A stretch of DNA of 64,000 nt, from IMG/VR virus record IMGVR_UViG_3300020577_007133, positions 40,773 to 104,772 of that record, one strand, 5' to 3'. The position numbers and the translations under genes are program-made. Origin of the DNA: a virus. Lineage: Duplodnaviria; Caudoviricetes. How positions within the stretch are numbered: the stretch's first letter is position 1; each line of letters starts with the position of its first letter. This document shows, in pieces, positions 30,775 to 40,509 of this stretch. The notes under the pieces are model-generated. The model was not told the DNA's origin. It did not search any database and saw nothing but the letters and a program-made list of their open reading frames with translations.

Positions 30775-31566
30775 TTATTTATTAAACTCATTTAATATCG
30801 TGGTTTTTAACCTTTCTCTAAAATCAAGATATTCCATACTCTTTATGTAGTTGGATTCAATAAATTCTAATTTTGAGTTATAAGTTTCAGGTGTTATTGT
30901 ATCTATTAATGGTAAAATATCATCATAATTTTCAATAATAAACATTCCTCGTTTATCAAAAAAATCACCTATATTAGGTGCACCAAAATAAATAGGTATC
31001 GTTTTAGTTTGGAAACAATCAATTAATTTCTCACTAAAATAATTGTTATGTCTAATGTTTTCAATTGATATGTGATATTGGGAATAGAATATTTCATTTT
31101 TTTTAAAGGGGTCTTTGATTTCTTTAAATTCATACAAGTTTGGGTTAGGTGAATTTCTACTATTAAAAATATCAACAGGGATTTTAGAATCTTTCAGTAT
31201 TTGGGGGAGTTTATGTCTTATCTGATGACCAATTAATGAATATTTATTACCAATTAATGTAGTTATTTTATATTCTTTATCATTAAAAGAATAATCCAAA
31301 ATCCAAGATGTACCAAAAGGAAATAAACGACTATTACTACATTTAGATAAAATCTCGGTATCCCAAGTTAATATTAGATTAAAATTTTTATGATTTTTTA
31401 TTACCGATTCTTTTATATGGGAAATTTCGTTAGGTTCTATAACCCATAAAATTTTAAAACTGTCCGTCAATGATGGATTAGGTTTATCAACGTATAATTC
31501 ACAAGGAATCGGGGTTTTTAAATTTAAACCTAAATCGAACGTGCTATTTACTAATAAATCATACAT
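30775..31566 (-). CDS. GT10-like (alpha-1,3/4-fucosyltransferase-type) glycosyltransferase
   Basis: YHISIEN...NYFSEKLIDCF..KTIPIYFG is the GT10 signature. Confidence 0.75.
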   Translation of the reverse strand: MYDLLVNSTFDLGLNLKTPIPCELYVDKPNPSLTDSFKILWVIEPNEISHIKESVIKNHKNFNLILTWDTEILSKCSNSRLFPFGTSWILDYSFNDKEYKITTLIGNKYSLIGHQIRHKLPQILKDSKIPVDIFNSRNSPNPNLYEFKEIKDPFKKNEIFYSQYHISIENIRHNNYFSEKLIDCFQTKTIPIYFGAPNIGDFFDKRGMFIIENYDDILPLIDTITPETYNSKLEFIESNYIKSMEYLDFRERLKTTILNEFNK

Positions 31567-31578
31567 TTATTTATATGT

Positions 31579-32316
31579 TTATAAATTTATAATTTTTTCA
31601 ATAAGTTTTAATTTAACCATATTATTTATTTTATGAAGTTCAATTAAATCGTTACCGGTAATTTTTTTATTTTTAAATTTGTCATAATTAATTGTTTCTA
31701 TACCATTTTGACATTCCACTTGTAATCCACAAAAAATCATTTCCAAAAATTTTGCTTTATTTTGATAAGTAATATCATTTTTCTCTCCTTTACCTTCAGT
31801 TGTTATATACCCTTTTGAATATGTTGATATAATCTCATAAACGTCTTTAAGAGTATTTCCCCGAACATACTCACACGTTTCCGGGATATTTCTACCATAT
31901 AATTTATGACCGAAGTAACATTGTCTATTATTTCGTTCTTCTTTATAATCAGGAAAATGAGTGTCTAGTAAGTAATAGTCACTTATGTAGGTGGAAATTG
32001 GGAATCTATCCTGATATTTCTTATCAAATAAAATAATCATATCAATTAAATTCTCGTTAATTAAAGTATCAACAAACGGAAATCTTGATTCATCATAAAA
32101 TAACGATACAATTTTTATTCCTTGTTTTTTTGCTAAAATTACTTCATTTTTTCTGACCCCAATTTCTTCCGGCATATCTATGAAGAGCCAATATTTAGTA
32201 TTATCAAGTGTTTGTCCCTTATCCTCATAAAAATATTCAGGTTTTATTGAGTGGAGACCATAATAACCGTGAATTTTATTAAATTCAAAGCTCCCGTCAA
32301 ATGTGCATTTAATCAT
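31579..32316 (-). CDS. hypothetical protein, possibly a divergent glycosyltransferase
   Basis: 245 aa within the glycan cluster; KAKFLEMIFCG resembles a GT-B C-terminal motif. Confidence 0.5.
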   Translation of the reverse strand: MIKCTFDGSFEFNKIHGYYGLHSIKPEYFYEDKGQTLDNTKYWLFIDMPEEIGVRKNEVILAKKQGIKIVSLFYDESRFPFVDTLINENLIDMIILFDKKYQDRFPISTYISDYYLLDTHFPDYKEERNNRQCYFGHKLYGRNIPETCEYVRGNTLKDVYEIISTYSKGYITTEGKGEKNDITYQNKAKFLEMIFCGLQVECQNGIETINYDKFKNKKITGNDLIELHKINNMVKLKLIEKIINL

Positions 32317-32332
32317 AATAATTTTGATTATT

Positions 32333-33103
32333 TTATATTTTTATCCATTCATTAGGTATTATATCGGTGGTTGGATGTTTTATCAAATCTCCAAACCATA
32401 ATGACGGAGCAATTACTTTTTTATTTTGGTTATTATTTAACCAAGCTCCCCACCAACTGAAAGTAGAGTTTGATATTATATTATGATTACACAATGACAT
32501 CATATATAAATCATTAATGTTACTCTCACCTTTAATATAATGGATGTTATCAAAAATTAAATGTTTTTCACACCATTCTATATCATCAGAAAATATTATA
32601 ACATTCACATTTTTATCGTTAATTATATCATATGAATCTTCATAATACTTAACGCTTTGTATTGGGTGATAATTAGATAATCTTACGTAATCACCTCTTC
32701 TAACGTGAATTGAAATAGTGTTTTCAGTTAAAAATGGGTATTTTTTATTTAAATAACTTTTAACATCCTCAGGTATTTCTAATTCACTTCTGATTATATT
32801 TTCGTTTTCTTTAAAATATTTTTCAGATTGCCAATACCCGTCCAAATATGTATTATCACCTATGTTTTTAAAAGTAAAATCATCGGTAATTCTATTTAAA
32901 ATGGGGTTGTATGATTGGTGGTTAACACTAAGTTTTTTAAATTTATCAAGTTCTAAACCTCTACTACTAACATCGGGGAAACTTTTACCTATTTGATTTA
33001 AATCAAAATAATATTCGGTATTATGAGTGATAGATAAATTTCTAGTGACCGCCCATTGAAATAATTGATTCCCTAAACCTCCTTGTATTTTTGTTACTAT
33101 CAT
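32333..33103 (-). CDS. GT11 alpha-1,2-fucosyl/colitosyltransferase
   Basis: Motifs GGLGNQLFQ, GYWQSEKYF, HVRRGDY, FSDDIEWC and NSTFSWWGAWL. Confidence 0.92.
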   Translation of the reverse strand: MIVTKIQGGLGNQLFQWAVTRNLSITHNTEYYFDLNQIGKSFPDVSSRGLELDKFKKLSVNHQSYNPILNRITDDFTFKNIGDNTYLDGYWQSEKYFKENENIIRSELEIPEDVKSYLNKKYPFLTENTISIHVRRGDYVRLSNYHPIQSVKYYEDSYDIINDKNVNVIIFSDDIEWCEKHLIFDNIHYIKGESNINDLYMMSLCNHNIISNSTFSWWGAWLNNNQNKKVIAPSLWFGDLIKHPTTDIIPNEWIKI

Positions 33104-33727
33104 TTATTTTATTAACCAATCATAATTAACAACTTTATTTTCAATATCAGAATGTCCAACAAGTTGAGTAGTTATTTTAGTTGATGTACAGTAAGTGTTA
33201 TACTTTTTTTGTAAATAAGTCATTGCCACATCAACTTCAAGGTCCATAGGTGTAATAATTTTAATAAGTTCTTCAAAAACATAATTCTTCATTACTAAAC
33301 AATGAGTTGTAAATGTATGATTTAACTTAATACAATACTCATTTATATTTTCGGTTTTATGACCCATATGGTAATTATGGTTACCACCAAAATATAAAAT
33401 CTCCCAATCATTAGGTGTGTGATTTAAAAAAGTTTTTAAATCTTCATTAAAATTATCTAAAAAAACACAATCATCCTCAATTAAACAAACAACACCATCG
33501 TTATTTTCTATCCACTTATCATAAATTTTTAAATAAGTTTTTGCTAATCCTAAAGCTCCATTAGTTATTCTTGTTATTTTAGGTAGTTCGTGACCGTTAA
33601 TAGCCTCTATTATTTCGTAAGTGTTACACTCAGTTTTTTTTAATTCTGAGATAATATGATTTCTTCTATCTTCACGATGTTTGAGGTTAATCACATATAT
33701 ATTATTGGTTAAGTAATTTAACGTCAT
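33104..33727 (-). CDS. GT25 glycosyltransferase
   Basis: Motifs YVINLKHREDRR, EAING, LIEDD and DWEILYFG. Confidence 0.8.
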   Translation of the reverse strand: MTLNYLTNNIYVINLKHREDRRNHIISELKKTECNTYEIIEAINGHELPKITRITNGALGLAKTYLKIYDKWIENNDGVVCLIEDDCVFLDNFNEDLKTFLNHTPNDWEILYFGGNHNYHMGHKTENINEYCIKLNHTFTTHCLVMKNYVFEELIKIITPMDLEVDVAMTYLQKKYNTYCTSTKITTQLVGHSDIENKVVNYDWLIK

Positions 33728-35118
33728 ATCAAAACATTATTAAAATTTTTATTCATTATTTTATTATACAACTCTTGTTGGTTATTATTTGCTTCGGTTG
33801 AAACCGTACCATCACTTTCGTGATGAAAATACATAAACAAAGGTTTTGGGATTCTTTTACCGGAATAACCATTTATTCCCATTCTAATCCATAAATCATA
33901 ATCTTCCCAACCTTTTAATGACACATCATATCCTCCACATATTTCAAAAGCTTTTTTATGAAACATAGAACAATTCACAATAAAAGGTCCTTGTTTTAAT
34001 CTTTCCAATGACCATTCAGGTCTTTGCTCAATACCTTGTAATTGACCTATGTGATGTGTGTCACAATATACCGGGCTAATATCTTTATTGTTTTTTAATA
34101 TATTAACACAAGATTGTATATAATCCGGGTGTATAGTATCATCAGCATCCAAGGGTAATATAAAATCACCAGAGGAAAGTGATACACCATTATTTCTTGC
34201 AGAAGACGGACCTTGATTTTCTTGGTGAATAATTTTTATATTAGGATGATTTTTAATACTTTCCAATTTCAGTTTCACGTAGATATCTGAAGAACCGTCA
34301 TCGACGATTATAATTTCAAAATTTTTATAGGTGGAATTAAAAACGGATTGTAATGTTTTTTCAAACTGAATCCCGTAGTTGTAAATCGGTATAATAACAG
34401 ATACAAGAGGTTGTTTATGATTAATTTTAATCGTAGGGTATTGAGATTCTAATTTAATTGGTAAATTATCTTTATACGTATCAACAAATTGTATTCTATT
34501 TTTTTCCCATTCATCATTAGTCATTCCTATTGATAAGTGGGTAAGGGGTACGTTAGAAATGGTCCCGACTTTAACTCCTTGAATAAAATTACTCATACAA
34601 AATGAGGTGTCATAAAAGTGAAAACCTTTAAACGATTCATCAAAATTTGTTTTAAGATTACTTTTTTTAACCGAAAATAAAACACCATCAACAATAACCG
34701 AATCAATAATTCTAGACCCAAAAGGTCTATTGTATTCTGATAACCATTTTCTACCATTGTGTTGGTGATATACCTGTCCAACCATTTCACCTTGTATATC
34801 CCACCATCTTCCGGATTCTGGATAGTAAGTTGTTCCGGCAACCCCTAAAATACCATATTCAGGTTTTTTAGTGAAATGTTCTAAAATTCTTTTACCCCAA
34901 TATTTTTGTTCAAAAATGATATCATTATGACAAAAAATAACAATATCATATTTAGAATCATTTAATCCTTTATTATAAACCTCAGTTAAACTAAACTGAT
35001 TGTAATTGAGATACTCTAATAACTGAACATCTTTTAGACCTACAGTATCTAAAAGATGTTGTTTAAATTTATTATTATATTGTTCGTCTTTATGAGTTGA
35101 ATAAACTATTGAAATCAT
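33724..35118 (-). CDS. two-domain GT2-type glycosyltransferase
   Basis: N-domain FCHNDI..GVAG..FDE.F.GFHFYD; C-domain VSVIIPIYN, VDDGS, ARNNG, LDADD and WEDYDLW. Confidence 0.85.
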   Translation of the reverse strand: MISIVYSTHKDEQYNNKFKQHLLDTVGLKDVQLLEYLNYNQFSLTEVYNKGLNDSKYDIVIFCHNDIIFEQKYWGKRILEHFTKKPEYGILGVAGTTYYPESGRWWDIQGEMVGQVYHQHNGRKWLSEYNRPFGSRIIDSVIVDGVLFSVKKSNLKTNFDESFKGFHFYDTSFCMSNFIQGVKVGTISNVPLTHLSIGMTNDEWEKNRIQFVDTYKDNLPIKLESQYPTIKINHKQPLVSVIIPIYNYGIQFEKTLQSVFNSTYKNFEIIIVDDGSSDIYVKLKLESIKNHPNIKIIHQENQGPSSARNNGVSLSSGDFILPLDADDTIHPDYIQSCVNILKNNKDISPVYCDTHHIGQLQGIEQRPEWSLERLKQGPFIVNCSMFHKKAFEICGGYDVSLKGWEDYDLWIRMGINGYSGKRIPKPLFMYFHHESDGTVSTEANNNQQELYNKIMNKNFNNVLI

Positions 35119-35720
35119 ACTAAACCTGTTGAACCAAATCCGTTGGCACCTCGTTCTTTTTTATTTATTTCACTAACCTCAGTTAAATCGACCCAACCAC
35201 CATTTACTACAGGACAAACAACCGCTTGTCCAAATTTCATACCTTTCGGTATTGTAACTTCAGTAGGGTTAGTATTAAATATTATACCTTTAACTTCACC
35301 GGTATAACCATTATCTACGGTTCCCGGGGAATTTAATACCATAAGACCTTGGTTAATTGCTAATCCACTTTTTGTTCTAACTTGAATCTCAAATCCGTCT
35401 TTAATATCGAAACATAATCCACTTGGAACTAATGCTCTACCAAAAGGTGGTATTACAACATCTTCCGTTGAATGTAAATCAAATCCGGAATCACTATCGT
35501 AATTATATTTTGGGGTAATAGCGTCAGGGTGTAGTTTTTGAAATGGTAATGGTAATTTAGCTCCACCTTCAATCATTTGTTTTTCAAGTTCTTCTAAATC
35601 ATAATCCATTTCTTTCATTATGTCATTATAATTAATCTCACCTGTTTCTGATGAGAAAGTTTCTTGAAGTCCCATTAGTTTTTTTCTAAGTTCTTCTAAT
35701 TGTTCAAAATTATTCTCCAT
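35115..35720 (-). CDS. dut: trimeric dUTPase
   Basis: Motifs SGFDL, RTKSGLA, NSPGTVDNGYTGEV and RGANGFGSTG. Confidence 0.95.
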   Translation of the reverse strand: MENNFEQLEELRKKLMGLQETFSSETGEINYNDIMKEMDYDLEELEKQMIEGGAKLPLPFQKLHPDAITPKYNYDSDSGFDLHSTEDVVIPPFGRALVPSGLCFDIKDGFEIQVRTKSGLAINQGLMVLNSPGTVDNGYTGEVKGIIFNTNPTEVTIPKGMKFGQAVVCPVVNGGWVDLTEVSEINKKERGANGFGSTGLV

Positions 35721-36421
35721 TATTCTAAATTCATTAATTTTTTGATTACGTCAATTAAAACTAAAACATCTCTCTCACAATACGCTGAAATTTCAACTAA
35801 CATACCTTTATTCCAATAACAATCGTGAACTTTATCTCCGGTAACATCACCTTCTTTTGGTGATGGAACTTCTAAACTTGTACACATAAGGTCTAAGGAA
35901 CCAATAGCGGTATAAGCCCCATATTGCCAAACTTCTTTGGTGTCAATAGCTTTTACTTCCCAAGGTTTTGTGTCGTAAGATGGTAAAATTGATGGTGGCA
36001 TAAGATTATTAATAATCATTCTTTTTGCCATCATTGGTATATCAAAGTTTTTAAGGTTATGACCACACAAATAGAAATCTAATTTACCACAACGATTAAG
36101 TAATGATTGAGCTTCTTTTAATACTTGTTTTTCATCATCACCCGAGAATGTTTGTTTTTTGATTGTTCCGTTGTCCATAACGAAAGCAACACTAATACAA
36201 ACAATCTTCGCAAACTCCGGAACCAAAGCGGTTCTTGTTGCAAATACTTCATTTTTAGTTCTGTCTTTATCCTCCGGAAATCGTTTTAAAAACCAATCAT
36301 AATATTTATCAAATTGTTTTGCAATCTCCGGTCTTTTTTCAAGACAAGTATCATAATCTTTTTCAATTCCAACTGTTTCTATATCAAGAAACAAAATTTT
36401 TGTAAGCGGTACTCTAATCAT
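35720..36421 (-). CDS. DnaQ-superfamily 3'-5' exonuclease (PolB-type standalone)
   Basis: Motifs FLDIET, GHNLKNFDIP and YCERDV. Confidence 0.85.
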   Translation of the reverse strand: MIRVPLTKILFLDIETVGIEKDYDTCLEKRPEIAKQFDKYYDWFLKRFPEDKDRTKNEVFATRTALVPEFAKIVCISVAFVMDNGTIKKQTFSGDDEKQVLKEAQSLLNRCGKLDFYLCGHNLKNFDIPMMAKRMIINNLMPPSILPSYDTKPWEVKAIDTKEVWQYGAYTAIGSLDLMCTSLEVPSPKEGDVTGDKVHDCYWNKGMLVEISAYCERDVLVLIDVIKKLMNLE

Positions 36422-36431
36422 TTTTTTATTT

Positions 36432-37649
36432 TTATTTAATTAAACTTTTGTACCAAATCGCTCTATCATCGGTTACTTTATTAAGGTCGTATTTATCTTT
36501 TACTGTGTTGTATAATCTCTCACCAAGTTCTTTAATCATCTCAGGGTTCTGAACTAATTTTTTAATGGCTTTTGACCAATCACTATGGTTTCTACTTTCC
36601 GGGATTAAGATTGCATTACCTTCTTCGTTAAACTCTCCATTTTTCAAACAGTGTACTAAATCAATTGTATATGGACCAACTTCTGATGCAATTAAAGCTT
36701 TCTTATAAAACCCTGCCTCAATTACTTTAAGTTGTGATTTCATACGATTAAAGATATGATTTTTAATTGGTGCTAAAGATATATCAAATTTTGAATAATT
36801 CATAGCATATGTGTTGACAGGTTTTGTCCATACTCTGACATATGGTAAATCATTTCCTGATTGATATTCACCTTCTTTAAATTCTAATAAGAATTTTTTA
36901 TAATCATCTTCGATAGTTCTGTAGTTTGTTGTGAATATCTCCTCATAACGAGCCCAAACAGTTTCTTCCGGTTTAATATCTCTTTGTTTTTGTTCATTGG
37001 TTTGTGGGTTAATTTCCGTTACAGTTCCTCTTGTATCAAAACCACAAATTACATATTGAATTTTATCGTTAATGTCGTTGTTTTTTTGAACGAATCCGTC
37101 TAATAACATTAAATCGTGTAAGTGAGATGAGCCACCTAACCAACCAACTCTAATTTTATCTGATGGTGGTGTAGGTTGATTAAATTGTAGTTCTTTTGGA
37201 TTAATAGCGTTTGGAAAAACAATAACATTTTTATTTAATTTTTTAATTTCGTCCGCAAAAATTTGTGTCGTTGTGGTAACATAACTAGCCACCCTTAAAT
37301 TATTTTTAATTTTTTCATCAATTTTATTTTGTACTATAATATTATGGATTGGGTGTTCTTTGGTTGGTAACCAATAATCATCTAAATCGATTATAACAAT
37401 AATACCAATTGATTTTAACCACTCAATAATTTGAGTTGACATATCGTAATCTTGACCAATAGTTCTATGAGCGTGAACTATCTGATACTTCTTCCAATAT
37501 TCAATATTATTTATTTGAGGTTCATAATCAATATCTACGTGAAAATCATCCGGATATAGATTTTGTAACATAACGTGAGGGTCAACAGAGCGAAATTTCG
37601 AGACTCCTGTAGTATCTGAGGGCAGAACTAATACATTAATTTTTTTCAT
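36432..37649 (-). CDS. GT-B glycosyltransferase
   Basis: Motifs IDLDDYW, VGWLGGSSHLHDL and DISLAP...FNRMKSQLKVIEAG...IAS.VGPY. Confidence 0.8.
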   Translation of the reverse strand: MKKINVLVLPSDTTGVSKFRSVDPHVMLQNLYPDDFHVDIDYEPQINNIEYWKKYQIVHAHRTIGQDYDMSTQIIEWLKSIGIIVIIDLDDYWLPTKEHPIHNIIVQNKIDEKIKNNLRVASYVTTTTQIFADEIKKLNKNVIVFPNAINPKELQFNQPTPPSDKIRVGWLGGSSHLHDLMLLDGFVQKNNDINDKIQYVICGFDTRGTVTEINPQTNEQKQRDIKPEETVWARYEEIFTTNYRTIEDDYKKFLLEFKEGEYQSGNDLPYVRVWTKPVNTYAMNYSKFDISLAPIKNHIFNRMKSQLKVIEAGFYKKALIASEVGPYTIDLVHCLKNGEFNEEGNAILIPESRNHSDWSKAIKKLVQNPEMIKELGERLYNTVKDKYDLNKVTDDRAIWYKSLIK

Positions 37650-38394
37650 ATTTTTCTAATATAGTTTTAAGATTATTAGGTTTGTCTAAATCACACTCCC
37701 AAATAATTTCTAAATTATAACCATATTTTTTAATATTATCAACTCTTAAATTATCCTCATCCCAAATTTCTTTAGCTGTCTTTTTCTTATGAGGATGAAA
37801 ATAATCTTCATCGTATTTATTAGGGTTACAATGCCAATAATCACCATTAAATTCAATTATTAAGTTTAATGATTCAATATAAATATCACAAACATATCTA
37901 CCAACCGAATATGAACCAGTTGGTTTATACTTTAATTTTTTAACTTGTGTTAATAATTTTTTTTCTTTATTAGATACCGAATTTTGTCTTGGGGGGTTTT
38001 CAGATATTTTTTTTGAAATTAACTCAACTGTTTCTTTGGTATGTGTTTTACCATAAAAAGGATTCATTTTACCTACTTGTAACTTTAACGAACAGGGTTT
38101 ACATAATGAAGTCCCATTTATTTTTCTAAAGTGATTTCTACAAGCAATAGCTTTATCTTTTGAGGTTGTTTTGATGTTTTTATTACAACTTGGACATTTA
38201 CGAGTTACATAATATTTACCACTTTCTTTTTTAATATCTAATGTAGAACATCTATCCCTTTTTCTAACGAGATTATGTTTGTTTAATACTTTAAGAATTG
38301 TAGGTTTTGATAAACCAACTATTTTAACAATTTCTAAACTACTTTTTCCCTTCTTATATTCTGAAATAATTTTTTTTTCAGTTTTAATATCCAT
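37636..38394 (-). CDS. free-standing homing-type endonuclease (HTH + Zn ribbon + NUMOD3 + Vsr/DUF559-like nuclease)
   Basis: NUMOD3 motif NPFYGKTHTKET; CDIYI..NLIIEFNGDYWHCNP; GYNLEIIWE; likely start MDIKTEK. Confidence 0.8.
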   Translation of the reverse strand: MDIKTEKKIISEYKKGKSSLEIVKIVGLSKPTILKVLNKHNLVRKRDRCSTLDIKKESGKYYVTRKCPSCNKNIKTTSKDKAIACRNHFRKINGTSLCKPCSLKLQVGKMNPFYGKTHTKETVELISKKISENPPRQNSVSNKEKKLLTQVKKLKYKPTGSYSVGRYVCDIYIESLNLIIEFNGDYWHCNPNKYDEDYFHPHKKKTAKEIWDEDNLRVDNIKKYGYNLEIIWECDLDKPNNLKTILEKYEKN

Positions 38395-38458
38395 AACGTA
38401 ATCCTTTTTTATGATAATAAATATCAGAGGTTTAATCAAAAGGAAACTTTTTTACATT

Positions 38459-38488
38459 AAAAAACCCCAATCGATTAAGATTGAGGTT
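38459..38488 (-). terminator. putative terminator for the 41.3-38.5 kb operon
   Basis: AACC.CAATC-loop-GATTG.GGTT hairpin with an A run on the plus strand. Confidence 0.55.
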
Positions 38489-38508
38489 GTTTTGTTGAGT
38501 AAATAAAG

Positions 38509-39123
38509 TTAAGAGATTTTTTTTATCTTAGTAACCTTACCTTCAAATATATGTTTTCCAACTTTAAAAGAAAAGACTTCATTTGATTTTTGTGTTGATT
38601 CTGTTAGAATTCCATTTTCTTGTAGAACTTCCTCAACAACTTCTTTAAGTAAAGATTTTAATTGATTAACATTTGGTAATACTTGTTCTTGTAATGGTTG
38701 TCTATTTTGTGTTGGTTGATTGTTTTTAGGTTTTGTTCCCATCAATCTCGATGCCTTTTCAACTAAGTCATCAGACAAAACTGTATTACCACCCATTGAG
38801 CTCGGTTGTTCTATTGGATGTTCAATCATTAATCGTTTAATTGCATCCGGTAATTTTGATGCCATAACTCTATCAGATGTTAGAGGTTGTGGTATATTAA
38901 TTTGACTTGGAACTGATGATAAATAAGGTTGTGTTACATCTGATTCTTGTAATAATTCTTGTGGAATATTATATCTACTTGATACAGGTTCAAATGATTC
39001 TACTTCAGGAATATTATATGTTGCAGCTGCGGTCATATCTCCTGACCTTGGCATATGATTATGTTTTTCCATTATTTGTTTGGAAATCATTAATTTTTTA
39101 ATTAAATCGTCTTCACTATTCAT
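38509..39123 (-). CDS. hypothetical protein
   Basis: 204 aa; motifs SKLPDAIKRLMIEHPI and GKHIFEGKV; several LxE motifs. Confidence 0.7.
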   Translation of the reverse strand: MNSEDDLIKKLMISKQIMEKHNHMPRSGDMTAAATYNIPEVESFEPVSSRYNIPQELLQESDVTQPYLSSVPSQINIPQPLTSDRVMASKLPDAIKRLMIEHPIEQPSSMGGNTVLSDDLVEKASRLMGTKPKNNQPTQNRQPLQEQVLPNVNQLKSLLKEVVEEVLQENGILTESTQKSNEVFSFKVGKHIFEGKVTKIKKIS

Positions 39124-39125
39124 AA

Positions 39126-39740
39126 TTATCTATTTTGTGTTTGTCTGATGATGTCCGCAATTTGAGGTCTTAATGAGTTTTTCTCTTCATCAGATAATTT
39201 TTTATTGGTTTTAGATTCAATACCCGCATAAATTCTTCTATACGCTTCTGCGGCTTTTGATAAATCAACACCTTCTAACCCACCTTGTCTTTGGATATCA
39301 TTTAACATTTGATTTACCACTGATGTTATAATATTTGTATATGGTGATGATTGTTGATTATCAAACACTGCGTTAATTATAACTCTAGTCATACTTTTAT
39401 CACCATTAAAATTATATCCCGGTTTCGGAGTTGTAAATTTTTCACCTGAAGGTTTAAAAGATTGTATTTTATCTACTCTAAATAACCTCCAACCAGGTAA
39501 GGGTTGTTCTCCTTTATATGCGGTGTGTGAAGCACCTTCGTCGTCCCAAGCTCTTAAAACAGGGTTTCCTGCTTTAGAGTATCCGAAACAAACAGGTTCA
39601 ATACTTCTTAAACCTCGTCCTCCGGGTTCATCACCATCATAATAAATGATAACCTTATCTTTGTTTTTAATAGCATTAACAATCGAATCGATTGATGCTA
39701 TTTCTAAAATAAGGGATTTTATGGTGTTGTAAAGTTTCAT
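39126..39740 (-). CDS. WYL-domain protein
   Basis: AIKNKDKVIIYY....GLRSIEPVCFG.......LRAW....GWRLFRVDKI. Confidence 0.8.
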   Translation of the reverse strand: MKLYNTIKSLILEIASIDSIVNAIKNKDKVIIYYDGDEPGGRGLRSIEPVCFGYSKAGNPVLRAWDDEGASHTAYKGEQPLPGWRLFRVDKIQSFKPSGEKFTTPKPGYNFNGDKSMTRVIINAVFDNQQSSPYTNIITSVVNQMLNDIQRQGGLEGVDLSKAAEAYRRIYAGIESKTNKKLSDEEKNSLRPQIADIIRQTQNR

Positions 39741-40036
39741 TATGCACTTGGAGTTGTGTAAGGTGCGTTTGGTTTATATTCATTAATAACTATTTCAGAA
39801 TTTCTTTCTTGAATATCTTGAATAGCTCCTGCTTGTTGATTATAAACATCTAAAAATCCTCCGGTACCTTTACCTTGAGCATCTCCGGTTGCCAATGCGT
39901 CAGGATTTACGGTCGAATATTCGTTTGAATTTTTTTTATAATCGTTTTTTGGGAACAACATAGCTCTTTGCATATCGGCAATTGCTGATAAATCGTTTGA
40001 TGGTTGTTCAAAATTTAATGGTTCATTTACTGCCAT
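39740..40036 (-). CDS. hypothetical protein
   Basis: 98 aa ORF in the operon. Confidence 0.7.
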   Translation of the reverse strand: MAVNEPLNFEQPSNDLSAIADMQRAMLFPKNDYKKNSNEYSTVNPDALATGDAQGKGTGGFLDVYNQQAGAIQDIQERNSEIVINEYKPNAPYTTPSA

Positions 40037-40038
40037 AA

Positions 40039-40509
40039 TTATAATATTTTTTTCATTAATTCGTTTATTCTTTTCAGATTTTCGGTAATTGCCGTATCAT
40101 ATTTATTAATTGTTGAGTTATGATTTTGACTTGGTCTATTCATACTAACAATACCGTCTTTTTCGTGTGGTTTAATATGTTGGTTTGGTAGTACTTCGGA
40201 TTTGGCGTTTTTAGCCGATTCCAATGAATCTCTATCACCTTTTAAAGTATTTTCAACCCAATTTCTTACATAATGACCACCATTTAAAATATGAGGAATT
40301 TCGTCTTGATGACCATTGAAATTATCAAACCAATTTTTCATACGTTTTAATTGTTGATAAGTTATTTCACCTTTCTCACGTAAATCTTTATTTCGTTTGA
40401 AACCTTCGGTTGTCTCATCAACTTCTCCAACTGCTTTGAAACATTTGTCTAAATATTCAAGAACATCTTGAGGAACCGGATATGTTTTACCATATAATTC
40501 ACTATTCAT
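40039..40509 (-). CDS. hypothetical protein
   Basis: 156 aa; ITYQQLKRMKNWF motif; C-terminal ITENLKRINELM. Confidence 0.7.
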   Translation of the reverse strand: MNSELYGKTYPVPQDVLEYLDKCFKAVGEVDETTEGFKRNKDLREKGEITYQQLKRMKNWFDNFNGHQDEIPHILNGGHYVRNWVENTLKGDRDSLESAKNAKSEVLPNQHIKPHEKDGIVSMNRPSQNHNSTINKYDTAITENLKRINELMKKIL

